DNA of 64,000 nt, from the NCBI GenBank assembly GCA_944320815.1, contig CALUIZ010000005.1, forward strand, positions 13,597-77,596, in the 5' to 3' direction. This document shows positions 17,073-26,024 of this stretch, piece after piece. Each line of letters begins with the position of its first letter. Position 1 is the first letter of the stretch. A program made the translations under genes and the position numbers. The notes beneath the pieces were generated by a model. The model did no database searches and was not told the DNA's origin. It saw only the letters and a list, made by a program, of their open reading frames with translations. The DNA is from an uncultured Phocaeicola sp. Its GTDB lineage: Bacteria; Bacteroidota; Bacteroidia; Bacteroidales; Bacteroidaceae.

Positions 17073-19961
17073 ATGAAAAAATGGGTTTTGGGTATTCTGC
17101 TGATGACGCTTTGCTTCATTCCCGCTTTTGCACAAAGCGGCGGCAGTAGAGTGACTGTCTCCGGGACAGTCGTTGACGGAGTGGACAAGTCTCCGGTTAT
17201 TCAGGCAGGTGTGCAGATTCTGTCAGTCAGAGACAGTGCTGTCGTGGCAGGGAATGTGACGGATTTGGACGGAAGATTCAGACTGTCTGCCCGTCCGGGA
17301 AAATATCTGCTGAAAATTTCGTATATCGGCTACAAGTCTGATTTCAGACTGATTAATCTTTCTTCCGGCAGGCCCCGGCTGAATGTGGGAGAAATATCGC
17401 TGGAGACAGATGCGGTCATGCTGGCCGAAGCTGTCGTGGTGGCTGAAGCTCTTGAGGTGGTGGCGAAAGAAGACACGCTGGTTTACAACAGTTCCGCTTA
17501 CCGTGTGCCCGAAGGTTCGGCACTGGAAGAGCTGGTGAAGAAGCTTCCCGGTGCGGAGGTGGACGAGAGCGGAAAAATCACCATCAACGGAAAGGAAATT
17601 ACAAAAATCATGGTAGACGGCAAGGAGTTTTTTGCCGATGACCCCAATATCGCGATGAAGAACCTTCCTGTGAACATCATTGACAAAATCAGTGCCTACG
17701 ACAAGCAGTCGGACATGGCGAGGATGACGGGCATTGATGACGGAGAGGAAGAGACGGTGCTTGATCTGAGCGTGAAGCCGGGAATGAACAAGGGATGGTT
17801 CGGGAATGTGGACGTGGCCGCCGGAACCAAGGACCGTTATAGCGGGAAGATGATGCTGAACCGTTTTGTGGGAGACAACCAGTTTACGGTCATCGGTTCG
17901 GCGAACAATGTGAACGACAACGGATTTCCAGGCGGCGGTGGAGGTTTCCGCCGGGGGAACCAGAACGGGCTGAATGCGGTGAAGATGGCCGGATTCAATT
18001 TCGCGGCTGAAACGGAAACGTTGGAAAGCGGCGGTAGCGTGAATTTCAATTATCGCGATGCGGACATCCGGAGCAAACAGAATTCGGAGACTTTCGTTTC
18101 GTCACAGACCAGCTCTTTCAAAAATGCATTGGACGCTTCGCGCAACAAGTCGACCAACTTGACGGCGGACTTCCGTCTGGAATGGAAGCCCGACACGCTG
18201 ACTACGCTGATGTTCCGTCCTCGTATCACTTACGGGAAGACTGACAACGGGAGTGCTTCCAATTCTTTCACTTTCAATGAAGACCCGGAACTGAGCACCG
18301 ATGAACTGGTGTCGGCTGATGATGTCACTTCGCTGGTGTCGAAAGAGAAGATTATCAATACGATTGTTCGGAACACGCTTGGGCGTTCGGACAATTTCAG
18401 TGCAAGAGGGATGCTGCTTGTCAACCGCAGACTTGGAAAGGCGGGGCGCAACATCACGATGAGGGCACGCTATACCTATACGAACAATGACAGTGAGCAG
18501 TTCTCCACCTCGCGTACAGATTACTATCAGACGGTGGAGGAAGCTTTGGCCGATGGGGTGGTGTCTGAAATACTGAACCGTTATATAACCACTCCTACCA
18601 AAACTTCTGATTATTCGGTGCGCTTTTCTTACAGTGAGCCGATTTTCAAGGGAGGATTCCTTCAGTTCAGCTATGATTTCCAGTATAAGAACTCGAAAAC
18701 TGAAAATTCCACATTCGACATGCCTGAAAGTTGGGAGGTGAATCAGGGATTCCTTTCAGACCAGGCCGCGTTCAATTCCGACTTGAGCAAGAATGCAGAG
18801 TACAATTATTATAACCATCAGGCAGAAGTGCAGTTGAGGTGGATTCGCGACAAGATGCGTTTCAATGCGGGTGTCTCTTTCCAGCCCCAGCGTTCCACAT
18901 TGAGCTATACGATGGGCGACTATTCGGTGGATACGGTGCGTACGGTGTTTAACTTCACTCCGACATTGGATTTCCGTTACAATTTTTCGAAGACCAGCCA
19001 GTTGCGCGTGAACTATCGCGGACGTAGTTCTCAGCCGAGCATGACCGATCTGCTTCCGATTACGGATGACACGGACCCGCTGAACGTGAAGCTGGGTAAT
19101 CCTGGACTGAAGCCGGCATTTACCAACACGCTGAGGATTTTCTACAATACGTTCAACACGAAGACGCAGCGTGGAATGATGAGTCACTTCAGTTTCCAGA
19201 ATGTGATGAACAGCATCAGCAGCCGTCGGACGTATGATGAGACTACCGGAGGTTACCGCACGATGCCGGAAAACATCAACGGAAACTGGAATCTTTTCGG
19301 TATGCTGGGAACGAACACGGCCTTGAAAAACAAGAAATATACCATCAATACGTTCACGATGGCACGTTATAACAACATCGTCAGCTACATGAGCAACCGG
19401 GAGGCTTTGTCGGATGCGGACAAGAACAAGACCCGCCAGCTCTCGCTGAATGAGCGGGTAAGAGGTACGTACCGGAACGACTGGTGGGAGCTGTCGCTGA
19501 ACGGCTCGCTGGGATACACCCATTCGCGCAACAGCTTTCAGGAGCAGAACAACATGGACACTTATCAGTATTCTTATGGTGCGAGCACCAATGTCCGTCT
19601 GCCATGGAACATGTCAATCGCTACCGACATCTCCCAGAATTCCCGCCGCGGTTATACGGACGAGAGCATGAACCGTGACGAACTTATCTGGAACGCGCAG
19701 ATTTCGCAGGATTTCCTGAAGGGGAATGCCGCAACGGTGAGTGTGCAGTTCTATGACATTCTGCGCCGCCAGAGCAATATCAGCCGTACCATCTCGGCCG
19801 CCATGCGTCAGGATTCTGAATATAATGCAATCTACAGTTATTGCATGGTGCATTTCATTTACCGTCTTAATCTGTTCGGCGGAAAAGGAAACCGTCCGCC
19901 GATGGGCCCCGGCGGTTTCGGTCCCGGCGGACATCGCGGCCCCGGCCCAAGACGTTTCTGA
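17073..19961 (+). CDS. outer-membrane beta-barrel / TonB-dependent-receptor-like protein with N-terminal carboxypeptidase-regulatory-like domain
   Basis: 962 aa with a signal peptide (FIPAFAQS) and a CarbopepD_reg-like segment (VSGTVVDGVDKSPVIQAGVQI...GRFRL). A long beta-rich body follows, ending in a Gly/Pro-rich tail GGKGNRPPMGPGGFGPGGHRGPGPRRF. Confidence 0.7.
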   Translation: MKKWVLGILLMTLCFIPAFAQSGGSRVTVSGTVVDGVDKSPVIQAGVQILSVRDSAVVAGNVTDLDGRFRLSARPGKYLLKISYIGYKSDFRLINLSSGRPRLNVGEISLETDAVMLAEAVVVAEALEVVAKEDTLVYNSSAYRVPEGSALEELVKKLPGAEVDESGKITINGKEITKIMVDGKEFFADDPNIAMKNLPVNIIDKISAYDKQSDMARMTGIDDGEEETVLDLSVKPGMNKGWFGNVDVAAGTKDRYSGKMMLNRFVGDNQFTVIGSANNVNDNGFPGGGGGFRRGNQNGLNAVKMAGFNFAAETETLESGGSVNFNYRDADIRSKQNSETFVSSQTSSFKNALDASRNKSTNLTADFRLEWKPDTLTTLMFRPRITYGKTDNGSASNSFTFNEDPELSTDELVSADDVTSLVSKEKIINTIVRNTLGRSDNFSARGMLLVNRRLGKAGRNITMRARYTYTNNDSEQFSTSRTDYYQTVEEALADGVVSEILNRYITTPTKTSDYSVRFSYSEPIFKGGFLQFSYDFQYKNSKTENSTFDMPESWEVNQGFLSDQAAFNSDLSKNAEYNYYNHQAEVQLRWIRDKMRFNAGVSFQPQRSTLSYTMGDYSVDTVRTVFNFTPTLDFRYNFSKTSQLRVNYRGRSSQPSMTDLLPITDDTDPLNVKLGNPGLKPAFTNTLRIFYNTFNTKTQRGMMSHFSFQNVMNSISSRRTYDETTGGYRTMPENINGNWNLFGMLGTNTALKNKKYTINTFTMARYNNIVSYMSNREALSDADKNKTRQLSLNERVRGTYRNDWWELSLNGSLGYTHSRNSFQEQNNMDTYQYSYGASTNVRLPWNMSIATDISQNSRRGYTDESMNRDELIWNAQISQDFLKGNAATVSVQFYDILRRQSNISRTISAAMRQDSEYNAIYSYCMVHFIYRLNLFGGKGNRPPMGPGGFGPGGHRGPGPRRF

Positions 19962-19993
19962 GCGTAAGAAAGCCGGATTCGGGGAATCAAACG

Positions 19994-20046
19994 CAGAGCC
20001 ACACAGAGATATGTTTGCTTGTCAAATGAAACTCTGTGTGGCTCTG
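19994..20046. terminator. 15-bp perfect hairpin downstream of the OMP gene
   Basis: The arms cagagccacacagag (19994-20008) and ctctgtgtggctctg (20032-20046) flank a 23-nt loop. An A-rich tract follows on the + strand, so there is no U-tract for the + gene. Confidence 0.4.
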
Positions 20047-20292
20047 TGCTTAAAAAATAAAACGAATTCCGCATTTCACCAGATTACTTGTAGGGGTGTA
20101 TGCGATACGCCCCTACGTTAGCTCTTTGCGGACATTTATGAAAATAATTCCGGTCTGTTTCAGATGAAGCAGAAGGTTGTTCTTGCCGGAACAGGCTTGT
20201 CCTTTGTAACATGTTCTTCATCATTGCATTCGGATGCCGGGTTTTCCGGAAACTTATTCCGCCATATGCTTTGCTTTTTCGTAAATAACCTG

Positions 20293-20300
20293 TATTTTTG
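20293..20300 (+). promoter_or_regulatory. putative -7 box (TATTTTTG) for cls
   Basis: tatttttg lies 18 nt upstream of the ATG at 20318. Confidence 0.4.
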
Positions 20301-20317
20301 TTTAAAGTCGAGTTTCT

Positions 20318-21751
20318 ATGGAAGCCATGGTTTGGAGCAGCATGTTTATGGCTGTGTTTTCTTTTATATATTTTGCAGTTGTATTGACCACTATTTTTGT
20401 GGTCATTCTTGACAACCGCAATCCGGTAAAGACAATGGCATGGATTCTGGTGCTGTTCTTTCTGCCGGTTGTCGGACTCATATTTTATCTTTTTTTCGGG
20501 CAGAGCACCCGGAGGGAACATCTTATCAGCAGGAGAGGCTATACCCGTCTGACCAAACGCCCGATGGCGGAGTATCAGTCGCAGGTGGCTCTGAAAACGC
20601 CTATCGAGAGACAGCAGCTGATGAATTTCTTCAGTCGCGTGAACGGTGCGCTTCCTTTCGGGGGGAATAAGGTGACGGTTTATGTGGACGGAACTTCCAT
20701 GTTGTCCGACCTGATAAGGGAGCTTTACAGTGCAAAGCATCACATCCATATGGAGTTCTATATCTTTGAGAATGATGCGGTCGGCCGTCTGGTGCGCGAC
20801 GTGCTGGTTGACAGGGCGCGTGAAGGAGTGAAGGTGCGTGTGCTTCACGATGATGTGGGATGCTGGAAAGTGAACCATGCGTTTTATGAGCATATGCTTT
20901 GCGAGGGCATTGAGGTCATGTCGTTCCTGAAGGTCCGTTTCCCCCAGTTCACGGGTAAGGTAAACTACCGCAATCACCGGAAAATTGTGGTGATTGACGG
21001 GAAAGTGGGTTTTGTGGGCGGAATGAATCTGGCCGAGCGTTATGTGAAGGGGGTGAGTTGGGGAGTCTGGCGTGATACGCATGTCAGGCTGGAAGGCAAG
21101 GCGGTATATGGTCTCCAGACCGCTTTCCTTACCGACTGGTATGCGATGGACCGCACGCTGTTCACATCGGCCGAATATTTCCCTAAAGTGGACACACAGG
21201 GGCTGGCGGTGGCTCAGATTGTCACTTCCGATCCGGTCGGGGAATGGAGAGACATCATGCAGGGACTGATGATGGCCATCTGCAGTGCCCGCCATTATTT
21301 TTATGTGCAGACACCTTACTTCCTTCCGGAGGAGGAGGTGAAGACGGCTTTGCAGACAGCCGCGCTGGCAGGTGTCGACGTGCGTGTCATGTTGCCGAAG
21401 AGAGCGGACACCTGGCTGATACACAAAGGCTCGCTGTCGTATCTGTCGGAAATGATGGATGCGGGTGTGAAAATTTATCTTTACCGGAAGGGTTTCATCC
21501 ATTCAAAGCTGATGGTCTCTGACGATAATTTCTCTACGGTAGGGTCGACCAACATGGATTTCCGGAGCTTTGAGCACAATTTCGAGGCCAACGCGTTTTT
21601 CTACGACCGTGACACGGCGTTGGCCCTGAAGGAGATATTCTTGGCCGACCAGAAAAAATGTATGTTGCTTTCTCCGAAAGTATGGAACAGACGTTCGTGG
21701 AAGAACAAGGTCACGGAGTCGGTTGTGCGTCTGTTGTCTCCGCTGCTCTGA
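20318..21751 (+). CDS. cls: cardiolipin synthase
   Basis: 477 aa with two N-terminal TM helices and two HKD motifs (HRKIVVIDGKVGFVGGMN; HSKLMVSDDNFSTVGSTN). Confidence 0.9.
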   Translation: MEAMVWSSMFMAVFSFIYFAVVLTTIFVVILDNRNPVKTMAWILVLFFLPVVGLIFYLFFGQSTRREHLISRRGYTRLTKRPMAEYQSQVALKTPIERQQLMNFFSRVNGALPFGGNKVTVYVDGTSMLSDLIRELYSAKHHIHMEFYIFENDAVGRLVRDVLVDRAREGVKVRVLHDDVGCWKVNHAFYEHMLCEGIEVMSFLKVRFPQFTGKVNYRNHRKIVVIDGKVGFVGGMNLAERYVKGVSWGVWRDTHVRLEGKAVYGLQTAFLTDWYAMDRTLFTSAEYFPKVDTQGLAVAQIVTSDPVGEWRDIMQGLMMAICSARHYFYVQTPYFLPEEEVKTALQTAALAGVDVRVMLPKRADTWLIHKGSLSYLSEMMDAGVKIYLYRKGFIHSKLMVSDDNFSTVGSTNMDFRSFEHNFEANAFFYDRDTALALKEIFLADQKKCMLLSPKVWNRRSWKNKVTESVVRLLSPLL

Positions 21752-22277
21752 AGAATGAAAAGTTTACGCTCCCGTAATGTCTGTGCTCGATGAAGTGCGG
21801 ATGATTCTCGAAACTCAGGTCCTTGCCGTGTTCCAGCACGAAAAGTCCGTCGGGCTTCAGCAGTCCGTGTCTGAAGATGAGGTCGGGAATTTGCGGAAGT
21901 TCCTTCAGTGCATACGGAGGGTCGGCGAAGATGAAGTCGAACTGTTCCTGACATTTCTCGATGTATTTGAATACGTCACCTTTCAGGGGGAAGCATTTGT
22001 CTGTTTTCACTTCATTCATGATTTTCCGTATGAATGCGTGATGCTGCGGGTCCTTTTCTACGGATATGACCCGGTCGCATCCCCGTGACACCAGTTCAAT
22101 GCTGATGCTCCCGGTTCCTGCAAACAAGTCAAGTGCTGTGGTTCCGTCTTCAAAGTCAATGTAACCGTTCAGCACATTGAACAGGTTTTCTTTGGCGAAG
22201 TCGGTTGTGGGTCTTGCCTTGAAAGTGTGGGGCACATCGAAACGCCTCCGTTTGTATATTCCGCTTATTACTCGCAT
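21711..22277 (-). CDS. rsmD: 16S rRNA (guanine(966)-N(2))-methyltransferase
   Basis: 188 aa starting MRVISGIYKRRRF, with the SAM motif LDLFAGTGSISIE and the DPPY motif FADPPY. The 3' end overlaps the cls 3' end by 41 nt (convergent). Confidence 0.85.
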   Translation of the reverse strand: MRVISGIYKRRRFDVPHTFKARPTTDFAKENLFNVLNGYIDFEDGTTALDLFAGTGSISIELVSRGCDRVISVEKDPQHHAFIRKIMNEVKTDKCFPLKGDVFKYIEKCQEQFDFIFADPPYALKELPQIPDLIFRHGLLKPDGLFVLEHGKDLSFENHPHFIEHRHYGSVNFSFFRAAETTDAQPTP

Positions 22278-22323
22278 ATCAATGTCATTTGTTTTGGTAC
22301 GTTTTTTATCCTGGATGATTGTG

Positions 22324-22331
22324 CAAAGTTA
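22324..22331 (-). promoter_or_regulatory. putative -7 box (TAACTTTG) for rsmD
   Basis: The plus strand reads caaagtta. It lies 47 nt upstream of the ATG at 22277. Confidence 0.4.
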
Positions 22332-22454
22332 CGAAGTATGGTTGGAAAATGCAATTTTCAGGTTGCGGCTTGCCATGGGGACCGCTTCATGGCATGGCTT
22401 TTTTTAGGTGGCTTCTGATGGAATCGGTTACGCATCCGTGGGATGCGGCTGAAC

Positions 22455-23270
22455 CTATTCGCATAAAATCAGTGAAAGTATGTCGAACGGGATGTCCGGA
22501 ATGTGGCTGGCGGGAATGCTCCCGAATTCTGTCCGGGGACCGATGACGGATGTGTTTGGAATGAATTCTTCCAGAAACTCGGTCTGTTCTTTTTGCGGCG
22601 TGTCACCGGCCAGATACAGGAGGTCCCTTTCCTGATTCATTCCGAGCCGTTTCCATGCGTTGAGCAGGTAATAGTTCTTGTCGTTCATGTTCGACGCATG
22701 GAATGAGTTGACCAGTTGAAGCTTCTGATGGGCGAAAGCCAATATGTCGACACTGCCCGGATGGAACACGGAAAACATCTCCTTCGTCTCGTTTCTGCGC
22801 TGCCGGCATCTGATGGTGAGGTATTCGATGACCGGACTGATGGATGCGAAGAACCTGGCTTTCGGGAAGTGATCGGACAGAAGCTGGTGGGTCAGTTTGT
22901 CGATGGAGAACAGGATGACCGCATTGCTTTTGCTCAGTATGTTGCAAAGAATCACTTCATTGTTCTGCTTGGGCAGGTTCTGGTAGAACAGCATTTCTGT
23001 CTGGTCGTCCTCGTACAGTTCAAAGGGAACGGGCGTGTAGCGTGAGGTGTGGATGAGAATGTTGGTCTCTTCATGGGGACGCTTCAGCTCTTCGGTCTGC
23101 GTCAGAAATTCTTTCACGTTTGCCGCCATGGAGTGCTGGGGATTGACATGGAATGTATGCGAAAGTATGCCGTTTCCTTCATGCGAGCGGTAGGTGGCAA
23201 GTGAGAATCCGTCCGCACTCAGGCGGATGGACAGTGTAGTCCGTTGGTCTGGTTGTCTGGAGTCTGTCAT
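22455..23270 (-). CDS. conserved Bacteroidota hypothetical protein (DUF3822-like, usually rsmD-adjacent)
   Basis: 271-aa ORF with no catalytic motif seen. The family name is recalled from its typical position next to rsmD and is not verified. Confidence 0.55.
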   Translation of the reverse strand: MTDSRQPDQRTTLSIRLSADGFSLATYRSHEGNGILSHTFHVNPQHSMAANVKEFLTQTEELKRPHEETNILIHTSRYTPVPFELYEDDQTEMLFYQNLPKQNNEVILCNILSKSNAVILFSIDKLTHQLLSDHFPKARFFASISPVIEYLTIRCRQRRNETKEMFSVFHPGSVDILAFAHQKLQLVNSFHASNMNDKNYYLLNAWKRLGMNQERDLLYLAGDTPQKEQTEFLEEFIPNTSVIGPRTEFGSIPASHIPDIPFDILSLILCE

Positions 23271-23359
23271 CAGTCTTATGGTCTTTGTCGGTCCGCATAC
23301 AGGAGATATTTTGCGGAGTTTCTGTCTGATTGTTGTTTTTTTGCTTTATATTCGTGTGA

Positions 23360-23367
23360 CAAATATA
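23360..23367 (-). promoter_or_regulatory. putative -7 box (TATATTTG) for the 22455-23270 gene
   Basis: The plus strand reads caaatata. It lies 90 nt upstream of the ATG at 23270. Confidence 0.35.
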
Positions 23368-23420
23368 CGCAATTTACTTGAGCGGGCTTGATGCCGCGGC
23401 TAATTTTTTATTTTGACATT

Positions 23421-24842
23421 ATGTTGACGGATGACTTGTTCCAACAAATCAGACAGAACTTCTCACATCAGCCCACGGCCGATCAGGAAAAGGCCATGAG
23501 GCTGTTTGCCGATTTTTTGCTGTCGCCTTCGCCGGATGCCGTCTTTCTTCTGAAGGGATATGCGGGCACCGGAAAGACCAGTCTGCTGGGTGCGCTGGTG
23601 AGGACGCTTGACGCACTGAACAGGAAGCATGTGCTGCTCGCTCCTACGGGGAGGGCAGCCAAGGTGTTTGCGCGCCATTCCGGGCATCCTGCCTACACCA
23701 TTCATCGCCGGATATACCGGCAGAAGGCTTTTTCAAACGACACGGACAATTTTGTGATGGGTGAGAATCTGATGAAGAATACGCTCTTTATCGTGGATGA
23801 GGCTTCAATGATAGCCAATGAAGGACTTTCGGGTGCTTCGTTCGGGACGGGGCGTCTGCTGGACGATTTGGTGCAGTATGTGTATGGTGGCGGAGGGTGC
23901 CGGCTGATGCTGATAGGCGACACGGCGCAGCTTCCGCCTGTAGGGGAGGAGGAAAGCCCGGCTTTGTCGGCTTCCGTGCTGGAGGGATATGGGCTTCAGG
24001 TGCTTGAGTGCAACCTTGCCCGGGTGGTCCGGCAGACGGAAGATTCGGGAATCCTGTACAATGCCACCCGACTTCGTGCCATGGTTGCGGAGGAAAATAT
24101 TTTTTCGTTGCCGTCGGTGCGTGTGGAGGGCTTTCCCGATGTGAAACTGCTGCCGGGCGGTGAGCTGATAGAGGCTATCAGTGAATGTTATGACCATGCC
24201 GGCATGGACGAGACGATTGTCATTTGCCGCTCGAACAAAAGGGCGAATCTGTATAACAAGGGAATACGGAACACCATTCTGTATAGGGAGGATGAGCTGG
24301 AGACCGGTGACGTGCTGATGGTGGCGAAGAACAATTATTATTGGGGGAAGGACTGCAAGGAGCTTGATTTCATAGCCAACGGTGATGTGGCGGTGGTGCG
24401 CAGGGTGCGTAAGGTGCGTGAGATGTACGGGTTCCGTTTTGCGGATGTGCTCTTGGAGTTCCCTGATTATCAGGAGCTGGAACTGGAGGTGAAAATCCTG
24501 CTCGACACGCTTCACAGTGATGCGCCGGCTCTCACGAGAGAACAGAGTGAAGCCTTGTTCAGCAGGGTACTGGAAGATTATGCGGACATTTCCCTGAAAC
24601 GGGAGCGGATGAAGAAAATGAAGGAAGATCCCTACTATAATGCGCTTCAGGTGAAGTATGCTTATGCCGTGACTTGCCACAAGGCGCAGGGCGGCCAATG
24701 GAAACGTGTGTTCATCGACCAGGGCTACATGACGGAGGATATGTTTTCTCCTGATTATTGTCGCTGGCTCTATACAGCCTTCACCCGTGCCACGGAAACG
24801 CTTTATCTAGTGAACTGGCTGAAGGAGCAGACGGAGGCATGA
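23421..24842 (+). CDS. RecD/Pif1-like superfamily 1 ATP-dependent DNA helicase
   Basis: ORF 23388..24842 is trimmed to MLTDDLFQQIRQNF. It has Walker A GYAGTGKTSLL, motif Ia LAPTGRAAK, Walker B FIVDEASM and the C-terminal motif TCHKAQGGQW. Confidence 0.75.
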   Translation: MLTDDLFQQIRQNFSHQPTADQEKAMRLFADFLLSPSPDAVFLLKGYAGTGKTSLLGALVRTLDALNRKHVLLAPTGRAAKVFARHSGHPAYTIHRRIYRQKAFSNDTDNFVMGENLMKNTLFIVDEASMIANEGLSGASFGTGRLLDDLVQYVYGGGGCRLMLIGDTAQLPPVGEEESPALSASVLEGYGLQVLECNLARVVRQTEDSGILYNATRLRAMVAEENIFSLPSVRVEGFPDVKLLPGGELIEAISECYDHAGMDETIVICRSNKRANLYNKGIRNTILYREDELETGDVLMVAKNNYYWGKDCKELDFIANGDVAVVRRVRKVREMYGFRFADVLLEFPDYQELELEVKILLDTLHSDAPALTREQSEALFSRVLEDYADISLKRERMKKMKEDPYYNALQVKYAYAVTCHKAQGGQWKRVFIDQGYMTEDMFSPDYCRWLYTAFTRATETLYLVNWLKEQTEA

Positions 24843-24876
24843 AGAGGAGAGGTATTCGTGGACATACAAAAAAAAT

Positions 24877-24934
24877 AGCGGGACATTCTCATGGAAGCAA
24901 GCTGTATCTTCCGTTGGAATGTCCCGCTGTTTTT
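24877..24934. terminator. bidirectional hairpin terminator between the helicase and lipoprotein genes
   Basis: The arms agcgggacattc (24877-24888) and gaatgtcccgct (24917-24928) match 12/12, with an inner ggaag/cttcc stem. A8 lies upstream and T5 downstream. Confidence 0.65.
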
Positions 24935-24944
24935 ATGTCTCAGA

Positions 24945-25817
24945 TTATTTTGCTATCAGATAAGTGTAGTCTTCTTCTTTGTAGGGGTAAGGACCGCTTT
25001 CTTCATAGCATTCGTAAATTATCGCTCTGTTTCCTGAGAAGCTGACAGTGGCGAATTCATCATCATACCATTGGTTGTTCCATGAATAGAAGAAACTTTT
25101 CTCATCTTTGTTTTTCCATTTCCATGATGAGATGCCGATTTCTCCTGAAGTGTAATAAATCATATAGGTGCCCGATTTGGAGAACAGCACTTCTTCCGGG
25201 AATCTTTCCGCATCTTCGAAGCTATTCCAATTGTCTTTGTTGAGGGTTATGTCGAACGTTTCACCGTCTTCTGTTTCAATGAATCTTATGCTTTCCACTT
25301 CCCACGTGCGGCACAGCGCATTCGTAACGTCGTCATCGGGCATCGTTTCTTCCTTGGATACGGTAAGAGAAACCGGGCCTCCATTTTCCGGAGTCAGTTC
25401 GAATCCTGTCACCGTATTGTCACTGCCATAGATGATTTCGATGATGCCGAAACCTTCCAGATTGTAACGCCCGTCAGAAAGCTGGGTGTAAGTGCCGTAA
25501 ATGATGCCGTTGTAGTTGGTGGCGCGTGAATCGTTCGCTGCGTGGTGGAACAGGAAAGTGTCCTTTTCCTTTGCGCTTCTCGATGCGTCTGCCTGTGCAC
25601 GGTATCCGCTGTTGGTCATTACGATGTAGTTTCCGCTGGCACCCAGTTCTATGCTTTTATACTGTGAGCCGGGGGTGGTGACTGTGTATTTCCCGCTGAC
25701 AGATTCAAATTGGGGTGTTGAAAGAGTTCCTCCGTCATCGTCTCCACATGATGTGAGAGCAGGAGAGGCAAGGCACAAAAGAAAGAGTGCATACCAAAAG
25801 TTCTTCAATGTTTTCAT
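24945..25817 (-). CDS. hypothetical lipoprotein (no family recognised)
   Basis: ORF 24945..25859 is trimmed to MKTLKNFWYALFLLCLASPALTSCGDDDGG, a lipobox (TSC). It is Tyr/Gly/Thr/Glu-rich with a two-domain appearance. Confidence 0.55.
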   Translation of the reverse strand: MKTLKNFWYALFLLCLASPALTSCGDDDGGTLSTPQFESVSGKYTVTTPGSQYKSIELGASGNYIVMTNSGYRAQADASRSAKEKDTFLFHHAANDSRATNYNGIIYGTYTQLSDGRYNLEGFGIIEIIYGSDNTVTGFELTPENGGPVSLTVSKEETMPDDDVTNALCRTWEVESIRFIETEDGETFDITLNKDNWNSFEDAERFPEEVLFSKSGTYMIYYTSGEIGISSWKWKNKDEKSFFYSWNNQWYDDEFATVSFSGNRAIIYECYEESGPYPYKEEDYTYLIAK

Positions 25818-25842
25818 AAGCGTTCTTTTTTTAATGTTTCTG

Positions 25843-25850
25843 CAAATATA
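25843..25850 (-). promoter_or_regulatory. putative -7 box (TATATTTG) for the 24945-25817 lipoprotein gene
   Basis: The plus strand reads caaatata. It lies 26 nt upstream of the ATG at 25817, inside the longer ORF-track version, and so supports the short start. Confidence 0.45.
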
Positions 25851-25958
25851 TGAAGTCATTATATCTTCTGAAAACAGGATTTGCGCGCTTTCTTACTATG
25901 ATGTTTGATTTGGTGGATATTAGTGGAAAAATTGTAACTATCAGGTTTAAAAAAGTTC

Positions 25959-25998
25959 AAAAAAATTGCCGCAGTCATGAAAAATCATGCTGCGGCAG
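25959..25998 (-). terminator. intrinsic terminator after alaS
   Basis: The arms tgccgcag (25967-25974) and ctgcggca (25990-25997) have inner catga/tcatg pairing. A7 at 25959-25965 becomes a U-tract on the minus strand. Confidence 0.65.
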
Positions 25999-26024
25999 TT
26001 TGTGTTGGCCAAATGGACTCCTTG

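Noticed and set aside
20084-21502. A 472-aa minus-strand ORF overlapping cls.
   Set aside because: It is antisense to cls, which has two clean HKD motifs. Its translation is His/Arg-rich with no motifs.
22372-22407. A plus-strand terminator-like hairpin (gccatg/catggc followed by T7) between two minus-strand genes. This could be the 3' end of an antisense or orphan sRNA.
   Set aside because: The stem is only 6 bp with ambiguous pairing, and no plus-strand promoter box lies upstream. It is too weak to call.
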